Shown in pieces: positions 24,890 to 36,600 of a stretch of DNA of 64,000 nt. The notes below the pieces were generated by a model. The model made no database searches. It was not told the origin of the DNA and saw only the letters and a list, made by a program, of their open reading frames with translations. Location: the NCBI GenBank assembly GCA_051362555.1, contig CM120645.1, positions 8,122,001 through 8,186,000 of the forward strand, written 5' to 3'. How positions within the stretch are numbered: position 1 is the first letter of the stretch; every line of letters begins with the position of its first letter. The DNA comes from Lingula anatina. Lineage: Eukaryota > Animalia > Brachiopoda. The position numbers were made by a program, and so were the translations under genes.

Positions 24890-27800
24890 TCAGTCAGTTC
24901 CGAAATATTTGGTCCCAAAATGATTTGGAGCCACAGGGTGGACCTCAGAGGTCAACAGTTTCACTTCTGGAAATGTTTGGAGTACAGATCTGACAGCTGG
25001 AAACAGAAGACCAAAGAGTACAGTTTAACTGATGGATAATAAATAAATAAATAAAAACTTTTTTAACGATAGCTTTCAGTCTATTTACTAGACCTTGGTC
25101 ATGATAATAGCACTTCAGATCCTGATGGGAAATTTTAAGGATCATATTGCTATCTTAAAACTAGAGGATCAGAGAGGCGATACCGCCTCCGAATATTGTA
25201 CCACCAGCTGGAGCAAGCGCATTCGTATAGACCCCCACATACACAAAATAAGGGACACAGCCACCAGTTTTGTGCTTGACAAGCTGTAAAAATGCAATCA
25301 ACAAGAATTTTTAAACTTTTGCAAAAAATATATATGGTACAATCAAATTTAAGTTCTTCGTAAGATGTAAGATAGGTCAAGGGTCCATTTCAAGGTCACA
25401 GTAAATTGCCAGTATATGACTTCCTATTCAAGTTCAAGAGTAACTATGGACCTATCTCTGCCAGTTTTGGAGACAAAAGGAAAGCAAAATTTGCAAAGTT
25501 CAGTTCATGGTGAAAAGTAGGTCAAAGGTCAATTTTAAGGTCACATTTAGATTGCCAGTATATGACTTCCTATTCAAGTTCAATAGTAACTATGGACCTA
25601 TCTCTGCCAGTTTTGGAGATAAAAGGGAAGAAAAATTTGCAAAATTCAGTTCATGGTGAAAAGTAGGTCAAAGGTCAATTTCAAGGTCACAGTAAATTGC
25701 CAGTATATGACTTCCTATTCAAGTTCAAGAGTAACTATGGACCTATCTCTGCCAGTTTTGGAGATAAAAGGAAAGCAAAATTTGCAAAGTTCAATTCATG
25801 GTGAAAAGTAGGTCAAAGGTCAATTTTAAGGTCACATATAGATTGCCAGTATATGACTTCCTATTCAAGTTCAATAGTAACTACGGACCTATCTCTGCCA
25901 GTATTGGAGATAAAAGGAAAGCAAAATTTGCAAAGTTCAATTCATGGTGAAAAGAAGGTCAAAGGTCAATTTCAAGGTCACATTTAGATTGCCAGTATAT
26001 GACTTCCTATTCAAGTTCAATAGTAACTACGGACCTATCTCTGCCAGTTTTGGAGATAAAAGGAAAGCAAAATTTGCAAAGTTCAATTCATGGTGAAAAG
26101 TAGGTCAAAGGTCAATTTCAAGGTCACATTTAGATTGCCAGTATATGACTTTCTATTCAAGTTCAATAGTAACTACGGACCTATCTCTGCCAGTTTTGGA
26201 GATAAAAGGGAAGCAAAATTTGCAAAGTTCAGTTCATGGTGAAAAGTAGGTCAAAGGTCAATTTTAAGATCACATTTAGATTGCCAGTATATGACTTCCT
26301 ATTCAAGTTCAATAGTAACTACGGACCTATCTCTGCCAGTTTTGGAGATAAAAGGAAAGCAAAATTTGCAAAGTTCAATTCATGGTGAAAAGTAGGTCAA
26401 AGGTCAATTTCAAGGTCACATTTAGATTGCCAGTATATGACTTTCTATTCAAGTTCAATAGTAACTACGGACCTATCTCTGCCAGTTTTGGAGATAAAAG
26501 GGAAGCAAAATTTGCAAAATTCAGTTCATGGTGAAAAGTAGGTCAAAGGTCAATTTTAAGGTCACAGAAAGATTGCCAGTATATGACTTCCTATTCAAGT
26601 TCAATAGTAACTACTGACCTATCTCTGCCAGTTTTGGAGATAAAAGGAAAGCAAAATTTGCAAAGTTCAATTCATGGTGAAAAGTAGGTCAAAGGTCAAT
26701 TTTAAGGTCACATATGGATTGCCAGTATATGACTTCCTATTCAAGTTCAATAGTAACTACGGACCTATCTCTGCCAGTATTGGAGATAAAAGGAAAGCAA
26801 AATTTGCAAAGTTCAATTCATGGTGAAAAGAAGGTCAAAGGTCAATTTCAAGGTCACATTTAGATTGCCAGTATATGACTTCCTATTCAAGTTCAATAGT
26901 AACTACGGACCTATCTCTGCCAGTTTTGGAGATAAAAGGGAAGCAAAATTTGCAAAGTTCAGTTCATGGTGAAAAGTAGGTCAAAGGTCAATTTTAAGGT
27001 CACAGAAAGATAGCCAGTATATGACTTCCTATTCAACTTCAATAGTATCTATGGACCTATCTCTGCCAGTTTTGGAGATATAAGGGACTAAATGTTATAA
27101 TTTTGGAGTTACCATAATGTGCCTTAAATTTCGTACAGAAAAAATTAATTAAAATAAAGAAAATGTCATTTTGGTCAAAATTCTTGAAATAGGAGGTGCT
27201 CTGAAGTTTCAGAAGTTCAAATTTGATGAAATAATGTCATTTTTGAACACAAGTTGTCTGCTTTTCCAAGCCTTATGTTTTATTTTTCCAGAGTTCAAAA
27301 TTTATTATCCATTAACGTACTGCACATTTTGCTTTTACCACCAATATGTACTTTTTGATACAGCGTAACTCGAAAACCGTATGGAATACAAAAAAACGGA
27401 GACCACCTCCAGTGTTGGGCTTTACATGCTCTACAAAATGCAAAAAAGAATGGGTCTCTAGCATTAACGGTTCCCGAATTAGAGACAGTTTTCAGTTTCG
27501 GTATCTTATGGCCGCTACTCCCGTGAAAATGCACCGATTGACCCCAAATTCATGGAGATGAAAGATGACCTGAAGGGTAACACTTTCCAATAATATTATT
27601 GGTTAAGTCTGTGTAGTGTCTGAAAAACAGGGCAAAAAAATTTTTTTTCGTACAAAATTTCATTTTTTTGAAAATTTTGGCCCATTTGACCTTGAAGTAA
27701 AGGTCAAAGGACAAATCCAAGGGTATATTTGAAATCTACACATATGACTTTTGGAAAGCCGTCTATAGAAATTTTTCCCATAACTCCTTCCGTACGGTAG

Positions 27801-30800
27801 ATAATTGGCATTTAATTTTGCCATTTTTAGACAAGGGTACATTGTAATGAGTGCCACACCCAGACCCCAATACCGACAAAGCCCAAATTTTACATGGAAC
27901 GAGTTGAGATTATAGGTGACCTAAATCCATGAGATGGGTACGGGGGCCCTTACCGTCTAGGAGGAGAAGCGGTAACGGTAGCCGTCCGGCGGAGCCGGCG
28001 GAACGATCCGGACGGGACCGAAACCATGTGTTCCGCCAGCGCTAACGCTGGTGGTACAATAAAAAAGGTCATCATTGTACATTTTACAAACAAGGCTACA
28101 AGGTGGTGCTGATGCAAACTGTCTTGCATATCTCACAGTGCCCAAAAAAGTCCAACCACCATGACCTTGAAAATGGGCCAAGGGTCAAAAACAAGACCAG
28201 ACTGGGAATCTCCACCTATAGTAGTGCATGTCTTCAGAAGAGTGCTTTAACAGTCCCACCAGCCAAGTGTGGTCTATGCTTTTCTTTACACACAGATTTA
28301 AACTAGGACCACACCAACAAAGCCAGTGGTACAAAATTAGACTGCTCATATTTAAAACAAGTCTTTTTATCTTACCTGCAGGTGTAGTAAAGAGATTCAG
28401 AATAATAATGTTGTGTTCTTTCACCTCGTGCTCTCTGAGGACATTAATGGCTTGAATCACAGTGTTACCAGTGCCTGAAATGATCATAATTATAAACTAC
28501 TGGGATGAATACCTTGGTCACTATGGGGCAGGAATTTATACACTTGTGTATTTACATAACACAAAGGTTTGCATTAGAAAAGATTAAATAATTTTCAAAT
28601 AAAACAAAAGAAAAGTTAGTTGCACAATATCTGTTAGAGACCATCTATGATTTGCAATGAGTTATAAGGCTATGCAGAGTATAGCACTGTGTATTATCAT
28701 AAAAATTGAACTGATGAATAATTTGTAATGTGTGGTTTAAAAATCCCTCTTAATATATCCCATGTCCAATTTTAGTTCATCCAAAAATATCAAGCAGCTT
28801 ACCAAATAAGAGTTTCACTTTATGTTTGTAGCTTGTAATCTTTGTGCCAATAACATTCACCACAGTTACTTTCCTTTAAAATGTATAATGAAATACTCAA
28901 ATATCTGTCAACTTAATTTCTGTATGGTAAAAAAAAAAAAAACTGCCGTTTATGTAAAAGAAGTCCAGAGCACAAAAAACAGGAAGGAAAAAAGGCCACA
29001 CCTGGAGAACAGGATGAATGACAACCATGCCAACTGAAACTCAATACTGTTACTAGTAAGAAGAGAGCCTTTTTGGACAAAACATGTAAGAATCCATGAA
29101 GTCACACATAAAAACATCCATTTAGAGCCTTATATATATACATACACACAACCAACAGACTTCATATAAAGCCCTTTTCGTGTTAAGTGGTATACTTCAG
29201 CGATACAGTTTGTACACTTTGAGACGTGCTAACATGTAATAACACTGCAGGGGGTTTTACTCCCTATTACAAATTTGACTCAGGTGTGCTTTTTGCTGTT
29301 AAGACAAGTTAATTAAATGGTTGTTTAAAAAGCAGAGGCTCCATTTAAGTGAGTCCTTAATAATAATATAATAATATATTTATTTCAAGTATTAAATCCA
29401 TAAAATGTTCAATAGACTGTACAACATAAAATACAAAGAAGTTTATAGATAAAAATGGTTAGATATATTTTATATAAATAAGAGCTAAACTAAATTGTAA
29501 TAAACAGTAATTAAAAGTAAAAATCCAAGGTTTCTTTAAAATTGTAAAATTTAAAATTCATGAATAAAATGTCTTAAAAATATGAGTTTTTAATTCCTTT
29601 TTAAAAGATTCTTGTGATGCTATTTGTCTAATAAAAATTGGCAACTTATTCCATTCTACTGGTGCAGCTACACAAAATGATATGCCACCATATGATTTTA
29701 ACCTTGATTTTGGAACTTTCAGTAAAAGTTTGTCAACAGACCTCAGGGATCTTTGAGGGCTATAATGTTTGACTAGATCAGTTATATATGGTGGAGCAAG
29801 ATTATTAAAAGCAGCATGTGTAAAAACTAAAACCTTAAATAAAATTCTGTCCCTAACTGGTAACCAGTGCAGATGCTTTAAAATTGGAGTGATATGGCAA
29901 TCCCTAGGCTGTAGTATTAAAAGCCGTGCTGAGATATTCTGGATGCGTTGTAATCTTAACATACCAGTCAGGCTATAAAGTCGTAAATCTTTCAAAGTGT
30001 ACAAGTACATTCTGTATTGCTCAAGTATATGGCTCCATATGAAAAGGGTCTTAATACTGTAGATTTTGTAGAACCCACATACATACACTTATAACACCAC
30101 TGCAAAGTATAACATTTATGACAGTCCCTTTTCAAATACTAACCTAAAGCCATTCACACAATTTGCCCTATAGACAACCCTTCCACAGACCCCGACTCTA
30201 ATAACCCCAACACGTGGTCAAATAGCCCCTCTTAAGGAGCCCCCTCCCAGGGCCTCACTTGTATACTACCACATGGAAGAGAGACACAAAATCCCCTTAC
30301 AGAGCCCCACTGTAGAGTCACAGTCAGCTTTCCTTCTTGATGGAACCAATTACAATTTGGTCACAACAATGGGGGTAAAAAAAGGTACATTTTATCTGGA
30401 AAAGACCACCCTTTAAAATCACTGGCACCCCCCTCCCCTCAATTGTGCTCTACACATACAGAAAATCAACTATAGACCACTACATCTTACTTGATTTACA
30501 CCCGTCGCCATCCTCACGAGTGTCTGAAATTGGGATGTGCAGCTTTTATTTTTCTAATACGCTAAGACTGGGGACAGTTTTAAACAGAACTTTGTGCATA
30601 ACTTTGAACTTTGAGGCTGAAATTTTATTCTACTTTTATCCAAGACTAAGCATTTATTGTCCAATCAATTGAAATATTGACCATGGCTTAAAAAAATAAT
30701 AAATTTAAAACTGTTTAAAGTCAATAGTTATAATAATGAGCTAGCCTATTTTAAATACTACTGCAGATGCAGCCCAAATTAAAGAGAAAAACATGAGTCT

Positions 30801-33277
30801 GATTAGAGACCAAAGTTCAATCTTTGTTTATTCATCCAACAAGTGCTACATGTATGCTAGGCAAGCATAGAGAATTTTAGATAAATACTCTAGTTAATCA
30901 AATACATCTTATAAAATAGCTTTGTTGTATTTGCAAAAAATTATTTTTAAGCCAAAATAATGCACTAGAGAGGCCATTATGTTTAAAGATATCAACAAGG
31001 CAACGGTTGACATAGCAACAAGAGACAAACATGACAGTGTATCCAGATATTTGAGCATCTGCCAAAACGGCGCGGGGGGGGGGGGGGGGGGGGGGTATAC
31101 TTACTCATAATTGGATACATTAGCAGCACTTTCCTCTTGTGAATATCTGGTGGGAATTTTGCGTAGAATACTTTGGCCACGTGCGTTTCTTCATCACTCT
31201 GGATAAGAATTTTTCCAATCCTGATTGACCGACAGCAGTCTCGGAGACCTTGTTCCATTGCCTCTCCTACCAACATAACATGAAAACTGTGCTGTTAACA
31301 TTTACCTCAATGTACTAGAAAATTGGATAAATTCTTCATTTGTGTGACTGATAGTACAGTATTTATGTATTATAATTTTTTTTTGTACCTTTTTATGAGC
31401 TTAGTCTGGCATTAAGTATGATTAAAAAATATGTTGCTAAATTAAGAAAATTCATGGAATGAAAAGGAAGATATTTATATATCTTATTTCAATCAATCTT
31501 GAATTACTTCAAACAACAAAAGAAAAAAAATATACAAGATCTAACAAACATTTTAAATATACATTGGAAACAGAATTTCATTATTTCATCTTATGTATAA
31601 CTGTGATATGTATTACTTGCTACTAAGAAAACAATGCTTAGAATCAATCAAACTCACCACTCCTCATAATACTGACTCCACAATTGCCTCGTTCATACTT
31701 CAGTCCATCGTATGGATACCCTGTAATTACATTGAAATATGAGACAAGTTCAATGACGGGCAATAAAAAGCCCAAACACCTTTTAATATGTAATGATGGT
31801 CTTTACACTATGACAGTATTCTCTCATTCTGTGCAAGTAGACTTTTTTTCTTTTGAGTGCATTTTAAAAGTGTACACAAGTGTCTTAGAAAACTCTTCCT
31901 TATTGTACAAGTATAACTGATATGATGGTGTGTGTGTGTGTGTGTGTGTGAATCTGCCTTCACACAAGCATCTTCCGACATGTCCTCACCTGTGGGAGTA
32001 ATAACTGAACATTTCGTATAAGGCAGCTGATTCAAACCTTCTTCTACAACAAGACGGATCTAAGACAGAAAAGAATGAAGACAGAAACATATTTTAGCCA
32101 GCAAAGATATAAAATACAGTTAAAGTTTAAATAATTTCATCTTCCAATATAGTTAATTTTTTTAACTGGTCATTCAGGCCAGATCTTTACAATTTAATTG
32201 CAAAACTAGTTTCAAATCTACAACACTGAAGGTTTTGATATTTAAGAATCTGATGACAATTCATGACGTTCTTCTATTCCTAACAGAAATATTGCAAAGG
32301 TTATTCTGACTGTGCATAAAATAATATCTGGCTTGTAAAATGTTTTTTTGAAAATATTTATGGCTCCTCGCAGAGGTTCAGATGTGGGAGTTCGAACTCA
32401 TGTTAGAGCTGCAAAAATCTTTCTCCTGTACAGATCTTGACCAACAACTTGATAAACATATTATTGAGTTCAAGGCAAATGCATTATTGGGTGCAGTATC
32501 CAAATAGCAAGTTACTTTGATGCTTAAAGCAATATCAAGGTGTTATTTCATGCCATTTCGGTGTTTATAGTGAGCCCATATATCAATGGTAATTATTTTA
32601 AACTCAGAATTTTCTGCTTACCAATCTATCTGCATGGAATATAAAATCACTCCTAGATGTGCTCCTAGAATATAAAACCAAAAACTTGCAACATGGTTTA
32701 ATGCCACTTAAAAGCCATTCTTACTAGTACTCTAGGGACTCTTTGAAAACTTTGATGGAAATAAACACAAAAAAAAAAAAAAAAATACAAGCAATTATAG
32801 ATAATAATTTTTGAAATTACCAAGAGTAAACACTTATCTGAATAAAAAGTATCATTGAGAAATAAAAAATTAAAATCCTTCCGAGATGACATTTGGTGTA
32901 AAAATTAAAATGCAATATCCCGAATGACCTGAAACCGACATGTAAACAAAAATTTTAAACTCAAATACGTAATAGGTTACTGAAATATAAGCGCTTGGCA
33001 TTTATTAAAATGGGCACAATTGTTACTTGATAGTTTCTTTTGTTAACTGTTTGACAAAATAAAGAATCCATTGTGAAGTAGCACCGGTGCACGTGCCGTT
33101 TAAATTATTTTAACGTTAACAAATTTATGCTTACTAGTACAATATTTCAACTTACTTGTCGCGAAGCACTGTCTGTAATTCCTTTATTTGGTCGGTTATT
33201 TTCATTCGTATGAGATTAGGTCCTAAATCATCTTGTGTTTCGTGTGCAACTGAATTTTGAATCAGATCTGGTTCCAT
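24890..33277 (-). CDS. UPRT: Uracil phosphoribosyltransferase homolog, 7 exons, ~221 aa
   Basis: Exons (- strand): 33277-33156, 32664-32622, 32059-31990, 31720-31658, 31266-31105, 28474-28376, 24996-24890; all GT-AG with compatible phases. The protein reads [117 protein letters not shown], matching animal UPRT. Confidence 0.96.
25157..28066 (-). mobile_element. Non-autonomous Helentron/Helitron2-type element (HINE/pearl-like) in the last UPRT intron
   Basis: Subterminal inverted repeats ATTGTACCACCAGC (~25196) and GCTGGTGGTACAAT (~28047). 5' stem CCAGCGCTAACGCTGG beside a CCGT/GGAC-rich tract, 3' hairpin GAGGCGATACCGCCTC then CTAG-TTTT (- strand), T-run flanks, central tandem array. Confidence 0.82.
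25372..27086. repeat. Tandem array of ~12 x 146-bp units inside the Helentron-type element
   Basis: GCCAGTATATGACTT recurs at 25408, 25554, 25699, 25845, 25991, 26137, 26283, 26429, 26575, 26721, 26867 and 27013 (period 145-146). Confidence 0.97.
29358..29965 (-). mobile_element. 5'-truncated LINE (L2/CR1-group) 3' end in UPRT intron 5
   Basis: Post-RT C-terminal ORF2 signature RLQRIQN.SARL.....R..HITPILKHLHWLPV..RI.FK...F..AAP..WNKLP..IR.....SFKK.LKTH.F, stop at 29558, then an AT-rich 3'UTR ending AATAAA and a (TAT)n-like tail at ~29360. Confidence 0.88.
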
Positions 33278-33601
33278 TTTCTCCACCTTGCTCGGTAAGT
33301 GTCGGTAAGAGACAAATACACGTTTTTCAGCTACTGTTAGCTGATGTACACATGGTCAACCGCGTAGCGCACAAGTTTCTACGCTGCAAAATATAAACCA
33401 CGGAGATTCAATCACTTTTAATAAGAATACATATCTATGTTTTGTTAACGTTGGGCCATTTTCTAACAATGAATGGTTTTATCTAAATACCAAGAGATGT
33501 TTTACGTGTTCAAAGATGAAATGTTTTGTCAGATGCTAGCGGATGTATATTTTGTTTACAGCCCTATGTCGCCATCTACAGTTGTGTCTGAGTTGAAGGT
33601 C
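33278..33601. promoter_or_regulatory. Compact bidirectional promoter between UPRT and ABCB7
   Basis: Divergent ATGs only ~325 bp apart; YY1-type motifs GCCATTTT (~33455) and CGCCATCT (~33570). Motif function is inferred. Confidence 0.65.
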
Positions 33602-36600
33602 ATGGCAGTGTTTCGTCTACTACAGCGACTTGATCTGCCACGCTGTAGTAAATTCACCCCCTGCATAGATAAATCCAAATCTCTTCACAGTTGTAATTAC
33701 AGAAGATTTCCACAGTGCTCCTTTCTGCGACCAAAGACTTTTGGAATCGGTCCAGGTTACCAGGTACTTAACAAAATATGTTGAACTCGCACAGCAATTC
33801 ACAGCCCTGATTTAACTGGAAGGGGAATGCGGGGTGGGGTTGTGGGGGGTAGTTGAAATATAGAATGAGCGCCCGCCACAGATCTAAAACACCAGCCATT
33901 ACGTGGCCGTGGTCATTGCAGTGCAATCTATGTGTATAGTCAGAACAGTCTATTGGGAAAGGAACACGATTTATTTGCTATTTTGATTAGAAAAAGCTAA
34001 ATATTGCTTTTATTTCCCCTGCCTCTCCAAAGAGTCTTCTGATGGTGCTTGCACTCACTTGTCATTTATTATTTAACCATTCAAATAATGTAAGATTTAG
34101 TTTTAAAATATTTAGGGTTCTTGCCAGAGCCACTGAATTTGAAGTCATCATGCACAATTGGTTATACTGGACTTATAGCTCTGCATTAGTTTTTATATTA
34201 GAGGTGAAAACTCTGATTTAAATACGTAGCAAATAGATTAATAGGAGAGTCAAAAATTCTTTATATACATATTATAGGAATGTTGAATTATTTTTCGTGT
34301 AACATTTGAAATGCAATATTATTTTGTTAATGCTAGTTCTCTATCTTTAGACTAACAAACATTCTGAAAATCAATCTTTGCCATCATTTTTGAAAATCTT
34401 GTTTAATGAATGGCAACTGCATCCAACTGTTGGCATTATATGCATGAAACACAGCTGAATGTGAATAGTCTAATCAATATTTTAAGGTACTCTCTGAAAC
34501 CAAAGTTACTGGTGTCCACAGATATGGCCACACCTCTGATGGGTCTGACCAGCAAAGAAGTGAGGCTGGGAACAAGGAAAAAAAGACCACTCTTTCAAAG
34601 AATGACAAGAAAGAAATTAACCACTTCTCTAACGGACCAGACCAGCAAAAAGGTCAGATTGATGCCAAGGGAAAGCTTCCTGTGGACATATTATCAGGGA
34701 GCAAAGAGAAAGATGTCAACAACTGGCAGGTTTTGCGCAATTTGATGCGTTTTGTTTGGCCAGAAAATGATCCTGGAAGCAGGGTTCGAGTGGTCCTTAC
34801 TGCCTCATTATTGGTTGCATCTAAGGTAGGTTGTGAAGTTGCTGAAACATGTTGGGGAGCACCTGAAAGCAGTACTTATTATAGGAGATTATAGATCATT
34901 TTCAAACAAAATCATTTTCCCCAAACAAAGTGATGGTACTTGTAAATGCACTGCATTATTTAGTATTGTTTCATTAAGTTTCTTATGTAGAGTTTAGAAT
35001 TTTTGATTCATCTAAAAGCATTCAATTATTAAGCCAAGTTAAATACTGTAATGCCCTGGAGGGAACCTAATGTGCATTCTAAAGCCAGAAAGTTTGGAAA
35101 TGATTGTCTATCTGACTGTCTGCCTGTGTGCAACTGTAATCCCCTCCCCTCTCCCTCTTTCATCTTCCCTTCCTTTATGCTTGATTTTATTTGTCAAAAA
35201 CTAAAGAAAATATAATAATAAATATTCTATTATGTCAGTTTATCCTTGATTTTGTAATGATGTGTACCATATGAAAATAATAAGTTCAATTGTTGAAGCG
35301 TTTAATTATGAGTATGCTAGCTTTTACTCTATTTCTTCAAATTGTTTTATGAACCTATTTGTTATTTTTAGGGTGTGACCGTCACCGTACCTTACATATT
35401 CAAGTGTCTGGTAGATAACTTGAATGAGCAAACAAATGCTTTGAACGTGGTTGGTGAAGCTGCAGATATGGTTTTTATATTGGTGGTATCATGTAAGTTA
35501 TAGGTGGTTAACCTTTGTATCAACAGATATAAGATACAGGGGGAGAGAAAACCCTTGTATGAATTTCTTTTGTAAATTTCTTGATAGATAAATTTTATAT
35601 AGATGTTTTTTAGGTCTGTTTGTAGGCATTGTATGCCATACATTGGCTATATACTAATTAAAGGAAACGATGTGCTATATTGTTATACATTTGTATTTTA
35701 GTGTCCAAGGCACAGTACTGGTAAATATATTGAATTTGATATCTTCCCTTGGAAAATATTTGTTTTTTGGTTCAGATGCAAAATCTTGTTATCTTGATCC
35801 TGATTACATGTTATGTCCTTGTTTATCAGATACTGTGCATCAACGGCAGCATTGCCATTTTTTTCTGTGACATTTTTTTTTACTTTCGTTCCAGATACTC
35901 TTGCGCGTGTGACTGCTAGTGTCTGTAACGAGCTGCGTAACTGTGTGTTTTCCAAGGTATCCCAGAGGTCTGTGAGGCAGGTCGCAAATAAAGTATTCCA
36001 CCATCTTCACAGCTTAGACCTCAGCTTTCATCTGGGGAGGAAAACGGGAGCACTTCTTGATGCAGTTAACAGGGGGTCTAAGTATGTTTTTCACACCCTC
36101 CTTTTTTGTAGATTTGGTTGAAAGATTGAATTTGTTTTAGTTTATACCAGAATTCAGTTCAAAAAGTCCAGTCCAATGCATTACAAAATAAAAAAATGTT
36201 ACAGTGAAGAAAAAAAATCTGAAGATGTTAAGTCATTATGTATCCATAGTCTTACATTGCAATGATATCAATTCTATTGGCCTTTGGTAAAGGTTAAACC
36301 ATTTTTTCAGATATTTAATTTGGTTATTAGATGCTTTTACTTCCCTTGAAGCTGTTACAAATGACAAAATATGACAGTCTTCTAGATCTCAGATATATAC
36401 ATTCTGCATTATATTTCAAGTGTGAATGTGAATTATCTAAGATTTTAACTTGATACATGTCACTTTTTCTTTATTGTTACATGATTATTCATTTATTCCA
36501 GGGGCATCAGTTCCATCCTATCTACTTTAGTAGTGAATCTAATACCTACCTTATTTGAAGTCACTCTAGTCACTTGCATCATGGTAAGTCATGCTAGTCA

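Noticed and set aside
25372-27086. 146-bp array as a CRISPR array or coding repeat
   Set aside because: Units are contiguous and near-identical with no unique spacers, no cas genes and no long ORF; the array sits inside a eukaryotic intron and a Helentron-type element.
29966-30088. N-terminal part of the 176-aa ORF as a host gene
   Set aside because: Only the portion from RLQRIQN matches LINE ORF2; the rest is flanking intron read-through.
33473-33601. Longer ABCB7 N-terminus from ATG 33473
   Set aside because: The acidic/aromatic stretch is unlike a presequence and overlaps the promoter region. ATG 33602 has better context and begins an Arg-rich presequence. Not fully excluded without TSS data.
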